Assembly (NCBI GenBank): GCA_963840335.1
Contig: CAWIYP010000012.1
Span: 218,661-282,660 of the forward strand
Reading direction: 5' to 3'
Origin: an uncultured Chloroflexia bacterium
Lineage (GTDB): Bacteria > Chloroflexota > Ktedonobacteria > Ktedonobacterales > JADMIN01
Length of the DNA stretch: 64,000 nucleotides
Position 1 is the first letter of the stretch. The number at the start of each line of letters is the position of its first letter. The notes under the pieces were generated by a model. It had not been told where the DNA came from. It saw only the letters and a list, made by a program, of their open reading frames with translations, and did not search any database. The position numbers and the translations under genes are program-made. Shown one piece after another: positions 21,052-32,220 of the stretch.

Positions 21052-21279
21052 GTGCCAACCATTCTCGACACGAAAGCGTGGACACTCACAGCCAGCATAG
21101 TCGCCCCGCGCGCGCATGCGCCCAATGAGCCAGACGCCGAACTCGACGACGATGATCTGGATGAAGAATTCGACGACCTGGACGACGAAGAAGACTTCGA
21201 AGACGATGATGGTGACGATGACGACTGGGAAGACCAGTTTGAGGATGAAGCAGAAGACGACGATTTCGATGACGAATAA
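21052..21279 (+). CDS. Small hyperacidic protein (75 aa)
   Basis: A GTG at 21052 lies 6 nt after GAGGAGG (21039-21045). Of the last 48 residues, 36 are D or E (LDDDDLDEEFDDLDDEEDFEDDDGDDDDWEDQFEDEAEDDDFDDE). The upstream part of track ORF 20785-21279 overlaps the FHA gene and is probably not translated. Confidence 0.5.
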   Translation: MPTILDTKAWTLTASIVAPRAHAPNEPDAELDDDDLDEEFDDLDDEEDFEDDDGDDDDWEDQFEDEAEDDDFDDE

Positions 21280-21387
21280 CTGATTGCCCGTCTATATACG
21301 TGGCCTTGAATAGATCGGAACCGCTAGCGGACAGACATTTTCTGGCCTCACAGCGGCGTCACTGTCGAAATCGCACAAGAACTGCCC

Positions 21388-21416
21388 TTGACATATTCAC
21401 GGCCACGTGTTAGGCT
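21388..21416 (+). promoter_or_regulatory. Sigma70-like promoter of an orphan transcription unit
   Basis: TTGACA (21388-21393), 17-nt spacer, TAGGCT (21411-21416). It lies in an AT-richer intergenic region with no conventional gene downstream. Confidence 0.35.
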
Positions 21417-21422
21417 GAAAGT

Positions 21423-21830
21423 ACCTCCGAGAGGTGGCGCAGGACAAAAGCTCCGGCGTCCGATGAGTGGAACTAGGGAAAGGAGACTCGACCGATGTTC
21501 CCAATGAAGAAGCCGATTCGCCTGCTCGGAATGGTTATTCAGGTGGACAGAAGCCTCCCGTGGGAGCGGGAAAGCAGGACGGCAGCGCCAATCGTTTAGC
21601 GCATCGCGTGGCTTCCGCAACAGGAATCGCTTAACGCACCGATGACATACATTGATTGGCTAGCGAATCTGGAAGCGCGACCGTCTGGCCTAGTCTCGAG
21701 CGCCGACCCGGGCATCCATCGAACACTCCGATGAGCAAGTAGTGGAACCGCCATTTACGCCAGCTAGGTTCAATACTCCCCAACACGACCTATATGTTTA
21801 GGGCCACCCGATGAGGTGGCCCTTTACGTT
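21423..21830 (+). ncRNA. Candidate ~0.4-kb non-coding or small-ORF transcript, class unknown
   Basis: It is bounded by the promoter above and the hairpin terminator below. It contains a 34-codon ORF with an SD (AGGAG 21481-21485, ATG 21495, stop 21599) and four copies of CCGATGA. No match to tmRNA, RNase P, SRP or 6S consensus was found by eye. Confidence 0.3.
21800..21830 (+). terminator. Intrinsic terminator-like hairpin
   Basis: AGGGCCACC-cgatga-GGTGGCCCT followed by TTACGTT. The T-tract is on the plus strand only. Confidence 0.6.
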
Positions 21831-21852
21831 GCCCGCGAAACCGTTCACCGCG

Positions 21853-23652
<1,800 letters not shown>

Positions 23653-23858
23653 GTGGCTAGGTCGCGGCGAGCGCCCCCGAGGCGCCTGTGAGGCGCGCTG
23701 GGCGGCCTTGCCATCCTTTCAATCTGCTGATTAACGCCAGCCGCGCCATGGCGGTGGCGATGGTATCACGGTTCGGTGATTGCGCATGGCTCTCGGCCAC
23801 CATTATAGCCCGTGGAAGCGCCTGTGCGGGCGACTTTCCCATGGCGTGGATGCCGCGA

Positions 23859-24968
23859 CTATTCGATGATGCCACCGCCGAGCGTTTCATCGCCCTCCGC
23901 GCCACCATAAAAGACCGCCGCCTGCCCTGGCGTCACCGCCTGCGCCGCCACATCGAGGCGCACCTCCGCCCGCCCCTCAGCGAGCGGCGTGATCGTCGCG
24001 CCGACCAGCGCCGCCTTGTAGCGCAGCTTCACCCGCGCCGTGAAGGGCTGCTCCGGCGCGTGGCCAGAGGTCCACGTTGTCTGGTGATGGTGAACGTCTC
24101 GCGCGCCAGCTGCTCGGCGGGGCCGACCACGAGCGCATTCTGCGCGCGCATCGAGGCGCAAGACACGCAGCGGCTCGCGCGCGGTGACACCCAGGCCCTT
24201 GCGCTGCCCCACGGTGTAGTACGCCAGCCCCTGATGCTCGCCAACCTGCTGGCCTGTCGTATCGAGAATTGGCCCAGGCTGCGGCGCTGCACGCCCGGTC
24301 GCCTCGGCGTACCGACGCATGAAGCCGCGATAGTCATTGCCCGCGACGAAGCAGATTTCCTGGCTCTCGGCCTTCGTTGCGACCGGCAGCCCGCGCTCCG
24401 CCGCCAGCGCCCGCACCTGCGGCTTTGTCAGCTCGCCCAGCGGAAAGAGCGCATGCTGGAGCTGCCGCTGCGTCAGCACATGCAGCATATAGGACTGATC
24501 CTTCGCGGTGTCCACGCCCTGCCGCAGCCGCCGCAGCCCCGTGGCGGGATCATCATCCACACGCACATAGTGGCCCGTCGCCAGATACTCCGCTCCCAGC
24601 GCCAGCGCCCGCTCCAGCAGCAGCGTGAAGCGGATGTGGCGGTTGCAGCGCAGGCAGGGATTCGGCGTGCGGCCAGCCGCGTACTCCTCGTAGAAGAAGT
24701 CGACAATCGTCTCCTGGAAGGGCTGCTCGACGTTGACGACGTAGAAGGGGATGTCGAGCGCCGCCGCGACTCGTCGCGCATCATTGACCGACTCCAGCGA
24801 GCAGCACTTGTTCTCGGCGACCAGCTCCTCGCCATCATCGCCGATCACCGTTGGCTCGGACCACAGCCGCAGCATGATGCCGACGACATCGTAGCCCTGC
24901 TCCTTGAGCAGCGCCGCCGCCACCGAGCTATCTACGCCGCCGCTCATCCCAACGACCACGCGCGTCAT
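23859..24968 (-). CDS. mnmA: tRNA-specific 2-thiouridylase
   Basis: The PP-loop MTRVVVGMSGGVDSSVAA starts at ATG 24968. The 129-codon upstream extension in track ORF 23859-25355 has no homology signal and is probably a high-GC artefact. Confidence 0.9.
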   Translation of the reverse strand: MTRVVVGMSGGVDSSVAAALLKEQGYDVVGIMLRLWSEPTVIGDDGEELVAENKCCSLESVNDARRVAAALDIPFYVVNVEQPFQETIVDFFYEEYAAGRTPNPCLRCNRHIRFTLLLERALALGAEYLATGHYVRVDDDPATGLRRLRQGVDTAKDQSYMLHVLTQRQLQHALFPLGELTKPQVRALAAERGLPVATKAESQEICFVAGNDYRGFMRRYAEATGRAAPQPGPILDTTGQQVGEHQGLAYYTVGQRKGLGVTAREPLRVLRLDARAECARGRPRRAAGARDVHHHQTTWTSGHAPEQPFTARVKLRYKAALVGATITPLAEGRAEVRLDVAAQAVTPGQAAVFYGGAEGDETLGGGIIE

Positions 24969-25202
24969 CGCCTGCGCCTCTCGCTCTCCCGCTTGCCCGA
25001 ATTCACCCGCTCGCGCCACGACGCAATCGCCCGCGCGAACCTCATCAGCATAGTATACGCCGCCGTCGGCGCCTGCCTCAAGCGCGCAAGCCTGCGCCGC
25101 GCTTGTCGGTCGCGCTACGATAGAGCTAGAGCTGTCGTTTGCTGGAATGCGCAACGCGCGGGGATGCGCGCCCAGAAGGGGATGCGCGAGGAGGGATACG
25201 GT

Positions 25203-27290
25203 ATGACGAAGCGAGATGCGGGCGTCATTCTCACCCGGCTGGATGGCGCTGAGCCGCGCTACTGGCCCATCGAGAAGTATGGCGTCATCGGCGATTGCCG
25301 CACCGCTGCGCTGGTCGCGCCGGATGGCGGGATTGACTGGCTCTGCCTGCCGCATTTCGATAGTTCGGCGGCCCTCTGCAAGCTGCTCGACGCCGATAAG
25401 GGTGGAGTGTTCCGCGTGCGTCCAGGGGAAGCCTGTGAGTCCGCCATGCGCTACATTCCCGCCTCGAACGTGCTCCAGACAACCTTCACCACCCCGACAG
25501 GCGTCGTCAGCATGCTCGACTTCATGCCCATCCGCGCGCGGCGCCCCTCAGAACAGGCGCTGGCGAAGCTACTCGCGCTGGCCCCCGTCGCCAGCCACAG
25601 CCAACGCGCGACGATCGAGCGCGAGCTTGGCAATGATGTCGCCGCCGCCCACCGCATTAACCGTATCATCTCCTGCGAGCATGGCGAGACCACGCTCGAC
25701 CTCATGCTCAAACTCACACCCAATTACGCCCGCAGCGTCGCGCAGATCACTCTCCACAGCGAGCATCCCCACGCGATAAGCGCGATCATTCAATCGGATG
25801 ACCAGTTCTTCGTCTTCGTCGCGAAACCGATGACTGGGTATGAGAACACTATCGAAGCGCCAACCTCGAGCGCACACGATGGGCTGCTCCACGCAAGCTG
25901 GCGGCTGCGGGCTGGCCAGCGTGTCAGCGTCGCGCTCAACTACGCGCGCAATCAGCGCGAGGCGGAGGCGCTGCTCAAGCGGCTCTGGCTGCTTGACCTC
26001 GACGACGACGCAGCGGAGACGCTGGACTACTGGCAGACATGGGCTGACATCTGCGACTACCAGGGGCCATACGCCGACGCGGTGCTACGCTCGGCGCTCG
26101 CGCTCAAGCTCTGCGTCTTCGAGCCGACCGGCGCCATCGTCGCCGCGCCAACCACCTCGCTCCCCGAAGACATCGGCGGCGAGCGCAACTGGGACTATCG
26201 ATTTACCTGGCTGCGTGACTCATCATTCACGCTCCAGGCGCTGGGGAATCTGGGCTATCATGGCGAGGCGCGCGACTACTTCCACTTCCTCCACGACCTC
26301 CACCTGCTGCATGGCGACCAGTTCCGCGTCCTCTACACGCTGCATGGCGACTCAGCGGACGCCACCGCTGAGCGCGATCTATCGCATCTGGAAGGCTACC
26401 GTGGTTCACGCCCCGCGCGCATCGGCAATGGAGCCGCAAACCAGCGACAAATGGACATTTACGGCGAGCTTGCCGACGCCGCGTTCCTCTATGCCGAGGC
26501 GATGGGCTACTGCACAGGCCCACGCGCGCGCGAGACTCCGCGCGACCTGCGTGAGTTGGCCGCCGTCCTCGCCGACTTCGTGGCCGACCACTGGCAGGAC
26601 ATTGATCGTGGCATCTGGGAGGTGCGCGGCCCGGAGCGCGCGTTCGTCTATTCGCGTGTGATGTGCTGGGTAGCGCTCGACCGCGCGCTCTGCCTGACGG
26701 AACGCCACGCCAGCAACGAGCGGCGCTCCCACTGGAGCGACGCCAGCGAGCGCATCCGGGCGGATTTGCTTACGCATGGCTACAGCGATGAGCTGCATAC
26801 CTTCACGCAGGCATACGGCGTGGATGCCGTGGACGCCGCGAACTTCCGTATCGCGCTCGTCGGTTATCTGCCGCTGACCGATGATCGGTTGCGCTCCACC
26901 ATCACGACCACTGGTCATCTGCTCCAGAGCGATAAGGCGCTGATCTATCGCTACCGTCCGGCAGCGCTGGAGCCGCCGCACGACCAGAGCGCGGCGACTG
27001 ATGACGGCCTGGAGGGCGCGGAGGGCGCATTTCTCGTCTGCGCTTTCTGGTATGTCAGCGATCTCGCGCTGATAGGGGAGGTCGAGGAGGCGCGCAGACG
27101 CTTCGAGCGATTGCTCGCCTATGCCAGCCCGCTTGGCCTCTACTCAGAGGAGGTTGACCCCAGTAGCGGCGCGCTGCTGGGCAACTTCCCGCAGGCCTTC
27201 ACGCACATCGGCCTCATCAACGCCGCCAACCATCTACGCCGCGCCGAGGAGCGCGCTCAGCGCCAGGCGGAAAGCGCGCCGCCCGCCTGA
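25203..27290 (+). CDS. Glycoside hydrolase family 15 protein (glucoamylase/trehalase-like)
   Basis: ATG 25203 follows GAGGAGGG. Motifs: YGVIGDCRTAALVAPDGGIDWLCLPHFDS, NWDYRFTWLRDSSFT, WEVRG. It is the 3' part of the 1200-aa track ORF. Confidence 0.85.
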   Translation: MTKRDAGVILTRLDGAEPRYWPIEKYGVIGDCRTAALVAPDGGIDWLCLPHFDSSAALCKLLDADKGGVFRVRPGEACESAMRYIPASNVLQTTFTTPTGVVSMLDFMPIRARRPSEQALAKLLALAPVASHSQRATIERELGNDVAAAHRINRIISCEHGETTLDLMLKLTPNYARSVAQITLHSEHPHAISAIIQSDDQFFVFVAKPMTGYENTIEAPTSSAHDGLLHASWRLRAGQRVSVALNYARNQREAEALLKRLWLLDLDDDAAETLDYWQTWADICDYQGPYADAVLRSALALKLCVFEPTGAIVAAPTTSLPEDIGGERNWDYRFTWLRDSSFTLQALGNLGYHGEARDYFHFLHDLHLLHGDQFRVLYTLHGDSADATAERDLSHLEGYRGSRPARIGNGAANQRQMDIYGELADAAFLYAEAMGYCTGPRARETPRDLRELAAVLADFVADHWQDIDRGIWEVRGPERAFVYSRVMCWVALDRALCLTERHASNERRSHWSDASERIRADLLTHGYSDELHTFTQAYGVDAVDAANFRIALVGYLPLTDDRLRSTITTTGHLLQSDKALIYRYRPAALEPPHDQSAATDDGLEGAEGAFLVCAFWYVSDLALIGEVEEARRRFERLLAYASPLGLYSEEVDPSSGALLGNFPQAFTHIGLINAANHLRRAEERAQRQAESAPPA

Positions 27291-27396
27291 TCGCGCCAGA
27301 CGTCGCGCACCCATCGGCGCCGCTGCCCACGCATGATAGACTGGAGGCGGAAGTAGCGCCGCTACACATGGTCAGGCCAGTGCTCAGGCGCGTGCG

Positions 27397-29100
27397 ATGG
27401 GCGAGAGGGGTATGAGCGAACCAACGGGCGAGACGAAGGCGATCCGGCGCCAGGCGCCAAAGCGCACCGCCGACGACATCTCAGCGATCATGCGTCGTGT
27501 GCATGGCCGCGACACCACTCCTGAGATGCGTCTGCGGCGGGCGCTCTGGGCGCGTGGGCTGCGCTACAGCGTCGCCGCCGCTGCGCTCCCCGGCAAGCCC
27601 GATATCGTCTTCCCCACCGCGCGTCTGGCCGTATTCGTGGATGGCGACTACTGGCATGGCAACCAGTGGCGCCGGCGGGGCAAGCTCGCACTGGAGGAGC
27701 AGTTCGCTGCGTCAGCGGAGGCATCGCGGGCCTACTGGCTGCGCAAGATTCGCCGTAACATGCGCCGCGACTGCGAAGCGACCGCCGCGCTGCTCCGCGG
27801 CGGCTGGACGATACTGCGCCTGTGGGAGAGTCAGATTACAGCGGATATGGAGGGATGCGTGAGCCTCATCGCCGACACGCTCGCCGACCAGCGCGGGGAG
27901 AATGGCCCAGCGCCCACCGACCTACGTGCGCGCCTGCCCCAGAAGACCTGCGCCGAATTCTTCGCCGGCATCGGGCTGATGCGCCTGGGACTGGAGCGGC
28001 AGGGCTGGCGCATCACCTTCGCCAACGACATCGACGAACGCAAGCGCGCCATGTATCTCGCCCACTTCGCGCCAGAGGGCGACACATCCGACTTTGCGCT
28101 GGGCGATGTGCATACACTGCCCGTGGAGCGCGTGCCGAGCGTGACACTGGCCACCGCGAGCTTCCCCTGCAACGACCTCTCGCTGGCTGGCGGACGGCAG
28201 GGGCTGGCAGGCGCGCATTCCTCGGCATTCTGGGGCTTCATCCGCACTCTCGATGAGCTTGGCCCACGCCGCCCGCCGCTGGTGTTGCTGGAGAATGTGC
28301 CAGGCTTCCTCACCTCACATGGCGGAGCAGACTTCGCCCGCGCGCTGCGTGCGCTCGACGCTCTGGGCTATGTGGTGGATGCTTTCCAGCTCGACGCCGC
28401 CCGCTTCACACCACAGAGCCGCCGCCGTCTCTTCGTCATTGGCGCGCAGGCCGCTCTCTTCGCAGATACACCCAGCGAGGCGCCGACGCTCACCGCCAGC
28501 GAGCTACGGCCCCAGGCGCTGCTCGACGCCATCCCCGCGACCACCGACGTGCGCTGGCGCGTGCGTCCGCTGCCAGAGCCACCGCAACGTGAGACGCGCC
28601 TCGACGACATCCTCGATGATCTGCCAGAGTCAGCGCCGGAGTGGTGGTCCTCTGACCGCGCCAGCTACCTGCTGGGCCAGATGAGTCCGCGCCACCGCGC
28701 CCTGGCCGACGCCATGATCGCGGGGGAGCGCTGGAGCTATGGCGCCGTCTTCCGCCGCATGCGCCAGGGCCGCTCGATGGCCGAGCTGCGAGTGGATGGC
28801 ATGGCTGGCTGCCTGCGCACCCCACGCGGCGGCAGCGGGCGGCAGATCATCTTCCGGGGCGGCGGCGGACGCTACCAGGCGCGGCTGCTGACCCCACGCG
28901 AGGCGGCGCGGCTGATGGGCGCGGGCGAGTTCCGCATCTCCGGCTCGCTCAATGACGCACTCTTCGGCTTCGGCGATGCGGTCTGCGCCGACGCCATCGC
29001 CTGGATCGCCACCTACTACCTCGATCCGCTCATCAACGAGCTGATGCGGGGCGCGCCACTGCGCGCCGCGAGCGCGTCTGTCGCGAGAGATGAGCGCTGA
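27397..29100 (+). CDS. Fusion protein: Vsr-type very-short-patch-repair endonuclease domain plus DNA (cytosine-5) methyltransferase
   Basis: N-terminal Vsr motifs: DTTPEMRLRRAL, LPGKPDIVFP, VFVDGDYWHG, RRNMRRD, GWTILRLWE. C-terminal C5-MTase motifs: I FFAGIGL, IV SFPCNDLSLAG, VI ENVPGF, VIII QSRRRLFVIG, X GFGDAVC. It is one uninterrupted 567-aa ORF. Confidence 0.85.
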   Translation: MGERGMSEPTGETKAIRRQAPKRTADDISAIMRRVHGRDTTPEMRLRRALWARGLRYSVAAAALPGKPDIVFPTARLAVFVDGDYWHGNQWRRRGKLALEEQFAASAEASRAYWLRKIRRNMRRDCEATAALLRGGWTILRLWESQITADMEGCVSLIADTLADQRGENGPAPTDLRARLPQKTCAEFFAGIGLMRLGLERQGWRITFANDIDERKRAMYLAHFAPEGDTSDFALGDVHTLPVERVPSVTLATASFPCNDLSLAGGRQGLAGAHSSAFWGFIRTLDELGPRRPPLVLLENVPGFLTSHGGADFARALRALDALGYVVDAFQLDAARFTPQSRRRLFVIGAQAALFADTPSEAPTLTASELRPQALLDAIPATTDVRWRVRPLPEPPQRETRLDDILDDLPESAPEWWSSDRASYLLGQMSPRHRALADAMIAGERWSYGAVFRRMRQGRSMAELRVDGMAGCLRTPRGGSGRQIIFRGGGGRYQARLLTPREAARLMGAGEFRISGSLNDALFGFGDAVCADAIAWIATYYLDPLINELMRGAPLRAASASVARDER

Positions 29101-29359
29101 TGATGTTTTATGTGTTGAATGGGAAATGTGTGCGGCAAGCTGGCGGTTAAAACCGCGCCTGGAAGGCCTGCGGGCCACAAAGTGCGCCTTCGCGCACTGG
29201 GTTCCACGCAAGAATCCGTGCGCATGGCCCGCGATATATCCGCCACGCGCGCTTCACTCCGCCCATAGCCTAGCCCGCGTCGGCGGGCTTCGCGGCCCGC
29301 AGCCCTCCAGGCGCGAGTTCACTTGCCAGCAGCCACAAGTAAACGAAACCGAGGATAGC

Positions 29360-30799
29360 GTGACGAGTGACCCGATAAACGACGACTGGCGGGACATCGC
29401 CACCACAGCGGATGATCCGAACGGGCTGCGTGGTAAGCGTGTGCTGGTGATGGGGCTGGGGCTGCTCGGTGGCGGCGTCGCGGCGGCGCGCTATGCCGTC
29501 GCGCAGGGCGCCGCCGAGGTGACGGTGACCGACCTGCGCTCGGAGGCAATGCTGGCGGAGAGCGTCGCGCGCCTGGCTGGCCTGCCCATCCGCTATGTGC
29601 TGGGGAGCCACGACACGGACGACTTCCAGCAAGCCGATGTCGTTGTGCGCAATCCGAACGTCAAGCGCAATTCGCCCTACCTCGCCATCGCGCGCGAGGC
29701 GGGCAAGCGCATCGAGATGGAAATCGCCTGGTTCTTCCGCGCATGCCCCGGCAAGATCGCTGGCGTCACCGGCACGCGGGGCAAGAGCACGACGACCCTG
29801 CTCCTCCACCATATCCTCGATGTCGCGGGCTGGCACCCGCTGCTAGGCGGCAACCTCGGCGGCATCGAAACGGTCTCGCTGCTGCCGGAGATCACCCCTG
29901 ACCGCTGGACCGTGCTGGAGCTGGGCAACTGGATGCTCGAAGGGCTGCATACCGTGCGCCGCAGCCCACAGCTCAGCATCTTCACCAATCTGCTCCCCGA
30001 CCACCTCGACTCCTACGACTCGATGGAGGACTACGGCCAGGCCAAGACCAGCATCTTCCGCTATCAGCGCGCGGGCGACCTGGCGCTCTTCAACACCGAC
30101 AACGACTACACCCAGCGCTACGCCAACGAGGCGAGCGGCGCCGATGTCTGGCTCTTCAGCGCGGAGCGCGGCGTCAGCTACCCGCGCGACCGCCCGGCGG
30201 AGACACGACCCTTCCGCTACGCCGACGCCATCCGCCTCCGTGGCGCGCATAACCTGGCCAACGTGCAGGCGGCGACCCTCGCGGCGGAGCTTCTGGGCAT
30301 TCCAGAGGACATCATCCGCGCGGGGGTGGAGTCGTTCGGCGGGGTTCCGCACCGGCTGGAGGTTGTCCGCACACTGGACGGCGTGACCTGGGTGAACGAC
30401 AGCGCGAGCACCGCGCCCATCGCGGGAATAGCGGCGCTGCATAGCTTCACCGAACCGATTGTCCTCATCGCGGGCGGCAACACCAAGCAGATAGACCACC
30501 ACGACTACGCCGAAGAGGCCGCCACCCGCGCCAAACACATTATCCTGCTGAAGGGCAGCGCCACCGAAGCCTTCGCGGCGGATGTGCGCGCGGCGGCGGC
30601 GCGTCACAGCCTCCCCGATCCCATCGAGGGCATCTACGACAATTTCGCGGCGGCCATCCAACGGGCGCGCGAGCTAGCCGCGCCGGGTGATGTTGTGTTG
30701 CTCTCGCCTGGCTTCACCAGCTTCGGCATGTTCCTGCACGAATTCGACCGGGGCGACCAGTTCCGCGCGCTGGTGCGCGCGTTGCCTGAGCAGCCGTAG
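29360..30799 (+). CDS. murD: UDP-N-acetylmuramoylalanine--D-glutamate ligase
   Basis: RVLVMGLGLLGGG and GVTGTRGKSTT (P-loop) are present with Mur ligase C-terminal motifs. I infer a GTG start at 29360. The upstream 90 codons of the track ORF look non-coding. Confidence 0.88.
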   Translation: MTSDPINDDWRDIATTADDPNGLRGKRVLVMGLGLLGGGVAAARYAVAQGAAEVTVTDLRSEAMLAESVARLAGLPIRYVLGSHDTDDFQQADVVVRNPNVKRNSPYLAIAREAGKRIEMEIAWFFRACPGKIAGVTGTRGKSTTTLLLHHILDVAGWHPLLGGNLGGIETVSLLPEITPDRWTVLELGNWMLEGLHTVRRSPQLSIFTNLLPDHLDSYDSMEDYGQAKTSIFRYQRAGDLALFNTDNDYTQRYANEASGADVWLFSAERGVSYPRDRPAETRPFRYADAIRLRGAHNLANVQAATLAAELLGIPEDIIRAGVESFGGVPHRLEVVRTLDGVTWVNDSASTAPIAGIAALHSFTEPIVLIAGGNTKQIDHHDYAEEAATRAKHIILLKGSATEAFAADVRAAAARHSLPDPIEGIYDNFAAAIQRARELAAPGDVVLLSPGFTSFGMFLHEFDRGDQFRALVRALPEQP

Positions 30800-30815
30800 C
30801 CGCGACAGTCGCTCG

Positions 30816-32042
30816 CTACTCGGCCCAGGGCAGCGCGTCGTTGAGCAGCAGCGCCTGCGCGACCTCGCCGGAGCGGATGACGCCCTCGCCTTCTGGCACG
30901 ATCAGCAGCGCCGTCGCCCCCTGGAGCGAGGAGATCAGGTGCGATTCCTGCTCACCCGTCGCCCGCGCGATCAGCGTGCCACCGCGCGAGGCCAGCCGCA
31001 CCCGCACGAAGTGGCGCCGGTCAGCGCGCCGCTGCTCCTCGCCCTCCAGCACCACATCAATCAGGGGCCGCTCCACCTGCGCCGCGCCGAGCATCCTCCG
31101 GATGGCCGGGCGCCCAAACAGCTCGAACGTCACCGCCGCCGAGACTGGATTCCCCGGCAACCCCAGCAGCGGCGTCTCGCCCAGCGCGCCAAATGCCAGC
31201 GGCTTCCCAGGACGCATCCGCACGCGCCAGAACTCCATCGCGCCCTGCTCACTCAGCATCTGCTTCACCAGGTCATAGTCGCCGACCGAGACGCCGCCAG
31301 AGGTCAGAATCAGATCGTATCCCTGCCGCGTCTGCGCCAGCATCGCGCGTAGCTCATCCTCGCGGTCGGGCGCGATGCCCAGCGCCACCGGCTCAGCGCC
31401 AGCACGGGTCACGGCGGCGATGAGATACGGCGTATTGCTGTTGTAGATTTGCCCCGGCTGGAGCGGTTGCCCCACTGGAACCAGCTCATCGCCCGTCGCC
31501 AGAATGGCCACACGCGGGCGGCGTGTCACGCGCACAGGCGAGACCCCCAGGGCCGCGAGCAGCGCGATCTCCGCCGGGCCAATCTCTGTCCCCGCTCGCG
31601 CCAGCAGCATGCCGGGGCGCGCATCCTCGCCCGCGTGGCGCACATTCGTCCCCGCCGCGACCGCCGCGCTGATCGTCACCCAGCCATCCGCGACCTCGGT
31701 TAGCTCCTGCTGGAGCGCCGCATCCGCGCCATCGGGCAGCGGGGCGCCCGTGAGGATGCGCACCGCCTCGCCAGCCGCCACGACGCCGGGATAGACGCTG
31801 CCCGCCGGAACCTCGCCCACCAGCCGCAGCCGCACGGGCGCCGCCGTCGTCGCGCCGCGAGTATCCGCCGAGCGCAGCGCATAGCCATCCATCGCGGAGT
31901 TGGCGAAGGGCGGCGATGATGTCTGCGCCAGGGCGTCCTCCGCCAGTACACGCCCCAGCGCCTCCGTCAGCGGAATGGACTCCGCCAGGAGGGGCTGGAA
32001 TCGCGCCAGCACACGCTCGCGCGCCTCTTCGACTGCCAGCAT
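30816..32042 (-). CDS. moeA: Molybdopterin molybdenumtransferase
   Basis: 408-aa ORF. SPPFANSAMDGYALR, ILTSGGVSVGDYD and LPGNPVSA are MoeA hallmarks. Confidence 0.9.
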   Translation of the reverse strand: MLAVEEARERVLARFQPLLAESIPLTEALGRVLAEDALAQTSSPPFANSAMDGYALRSADTRGATTAAPVRLRLVGEVPAGSVYPGVVAAGEAVRILTGAPLPDGADAALQQELTEVADGWVTISAAVAAGTNVRHAGEDARPGMLLARAGTEIGPAEIALLAALGVSPVRVTRRPRVAILATGDELVPVGQPLQPGQIYNSNTPYLIAAVTRAGAEPVALGIAPDREDELRAMLAQTRQGYDLILTSGGVSVGDYDLVKQMLSEQGAMEFWRVRMRPGKPLAFGALGETPLLGLPGNPVSAAVTFELFGRPAIRRMLGAAQVERPLIDVVLEGEEQRRADRRHFVRVRLASRGGTLIARATGEQESHLISSLQGATALLIVPEGEGVIRSGEVAQALLLNDALPWAE

Positions 32043-32220
32043 CGTTCTCGACCTCCCGCGACCAAACAGCGGCGCGTCACGCGACTTGCGCCCTCAACAC
32101 ATCCGAATTGTAGCGCAGATGGGCGCGACCTCACGAAACACTGGCCAGCGCACGGTATACTGAGAGACATGACCATCGCCGACCGACATCATCCTTCACT
32201 TGAGCCAGGAGACCTGATCC

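Noticed and set aside
21348-21620. 90-aa minus-strand ORF in the 21.3-21.85 kb intergenic region
   Set aside because: It has no SD and an atypical composition. It overlaps the plus-strand promoter and small-ORF unit. I treat the region as a candidate RNA locus instead.
21423-21830. Possibility that the orphan unit is tmRNA, SRP RNA, RNase P RNA or a hammerhead
   Set aside because: A frame reading ANRLAHRVASATGIA* (about 21587-21634) superficially resembles a tmRNA tag. However, there is no GGGG...CCACCA acceptor pairing and no valid T-arm. The GGAAAGCAGG segment only loosely resembles the SRP GGAAGCAGCC motif. There is no GAGGAAAGTCC/ACAGAA pair as in RNase P. CCGATGAG deviates from the hammerhead CUGAUGA core at the invariant U.
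23688-27290. 1200-aa plus-strand ORF, the longest in the track
   Set aside because: Its first ~505 codons run antisense to mnmA (23859-24968) and across the intergenic region. They consist of R/A/P/L-rich low-complexity sequence with no recognisable motif. Homology-like sequence (GH15) begins only at ATG 25203, which has its own SD. This is a high-GC stop-free shadow fused to a real gene.
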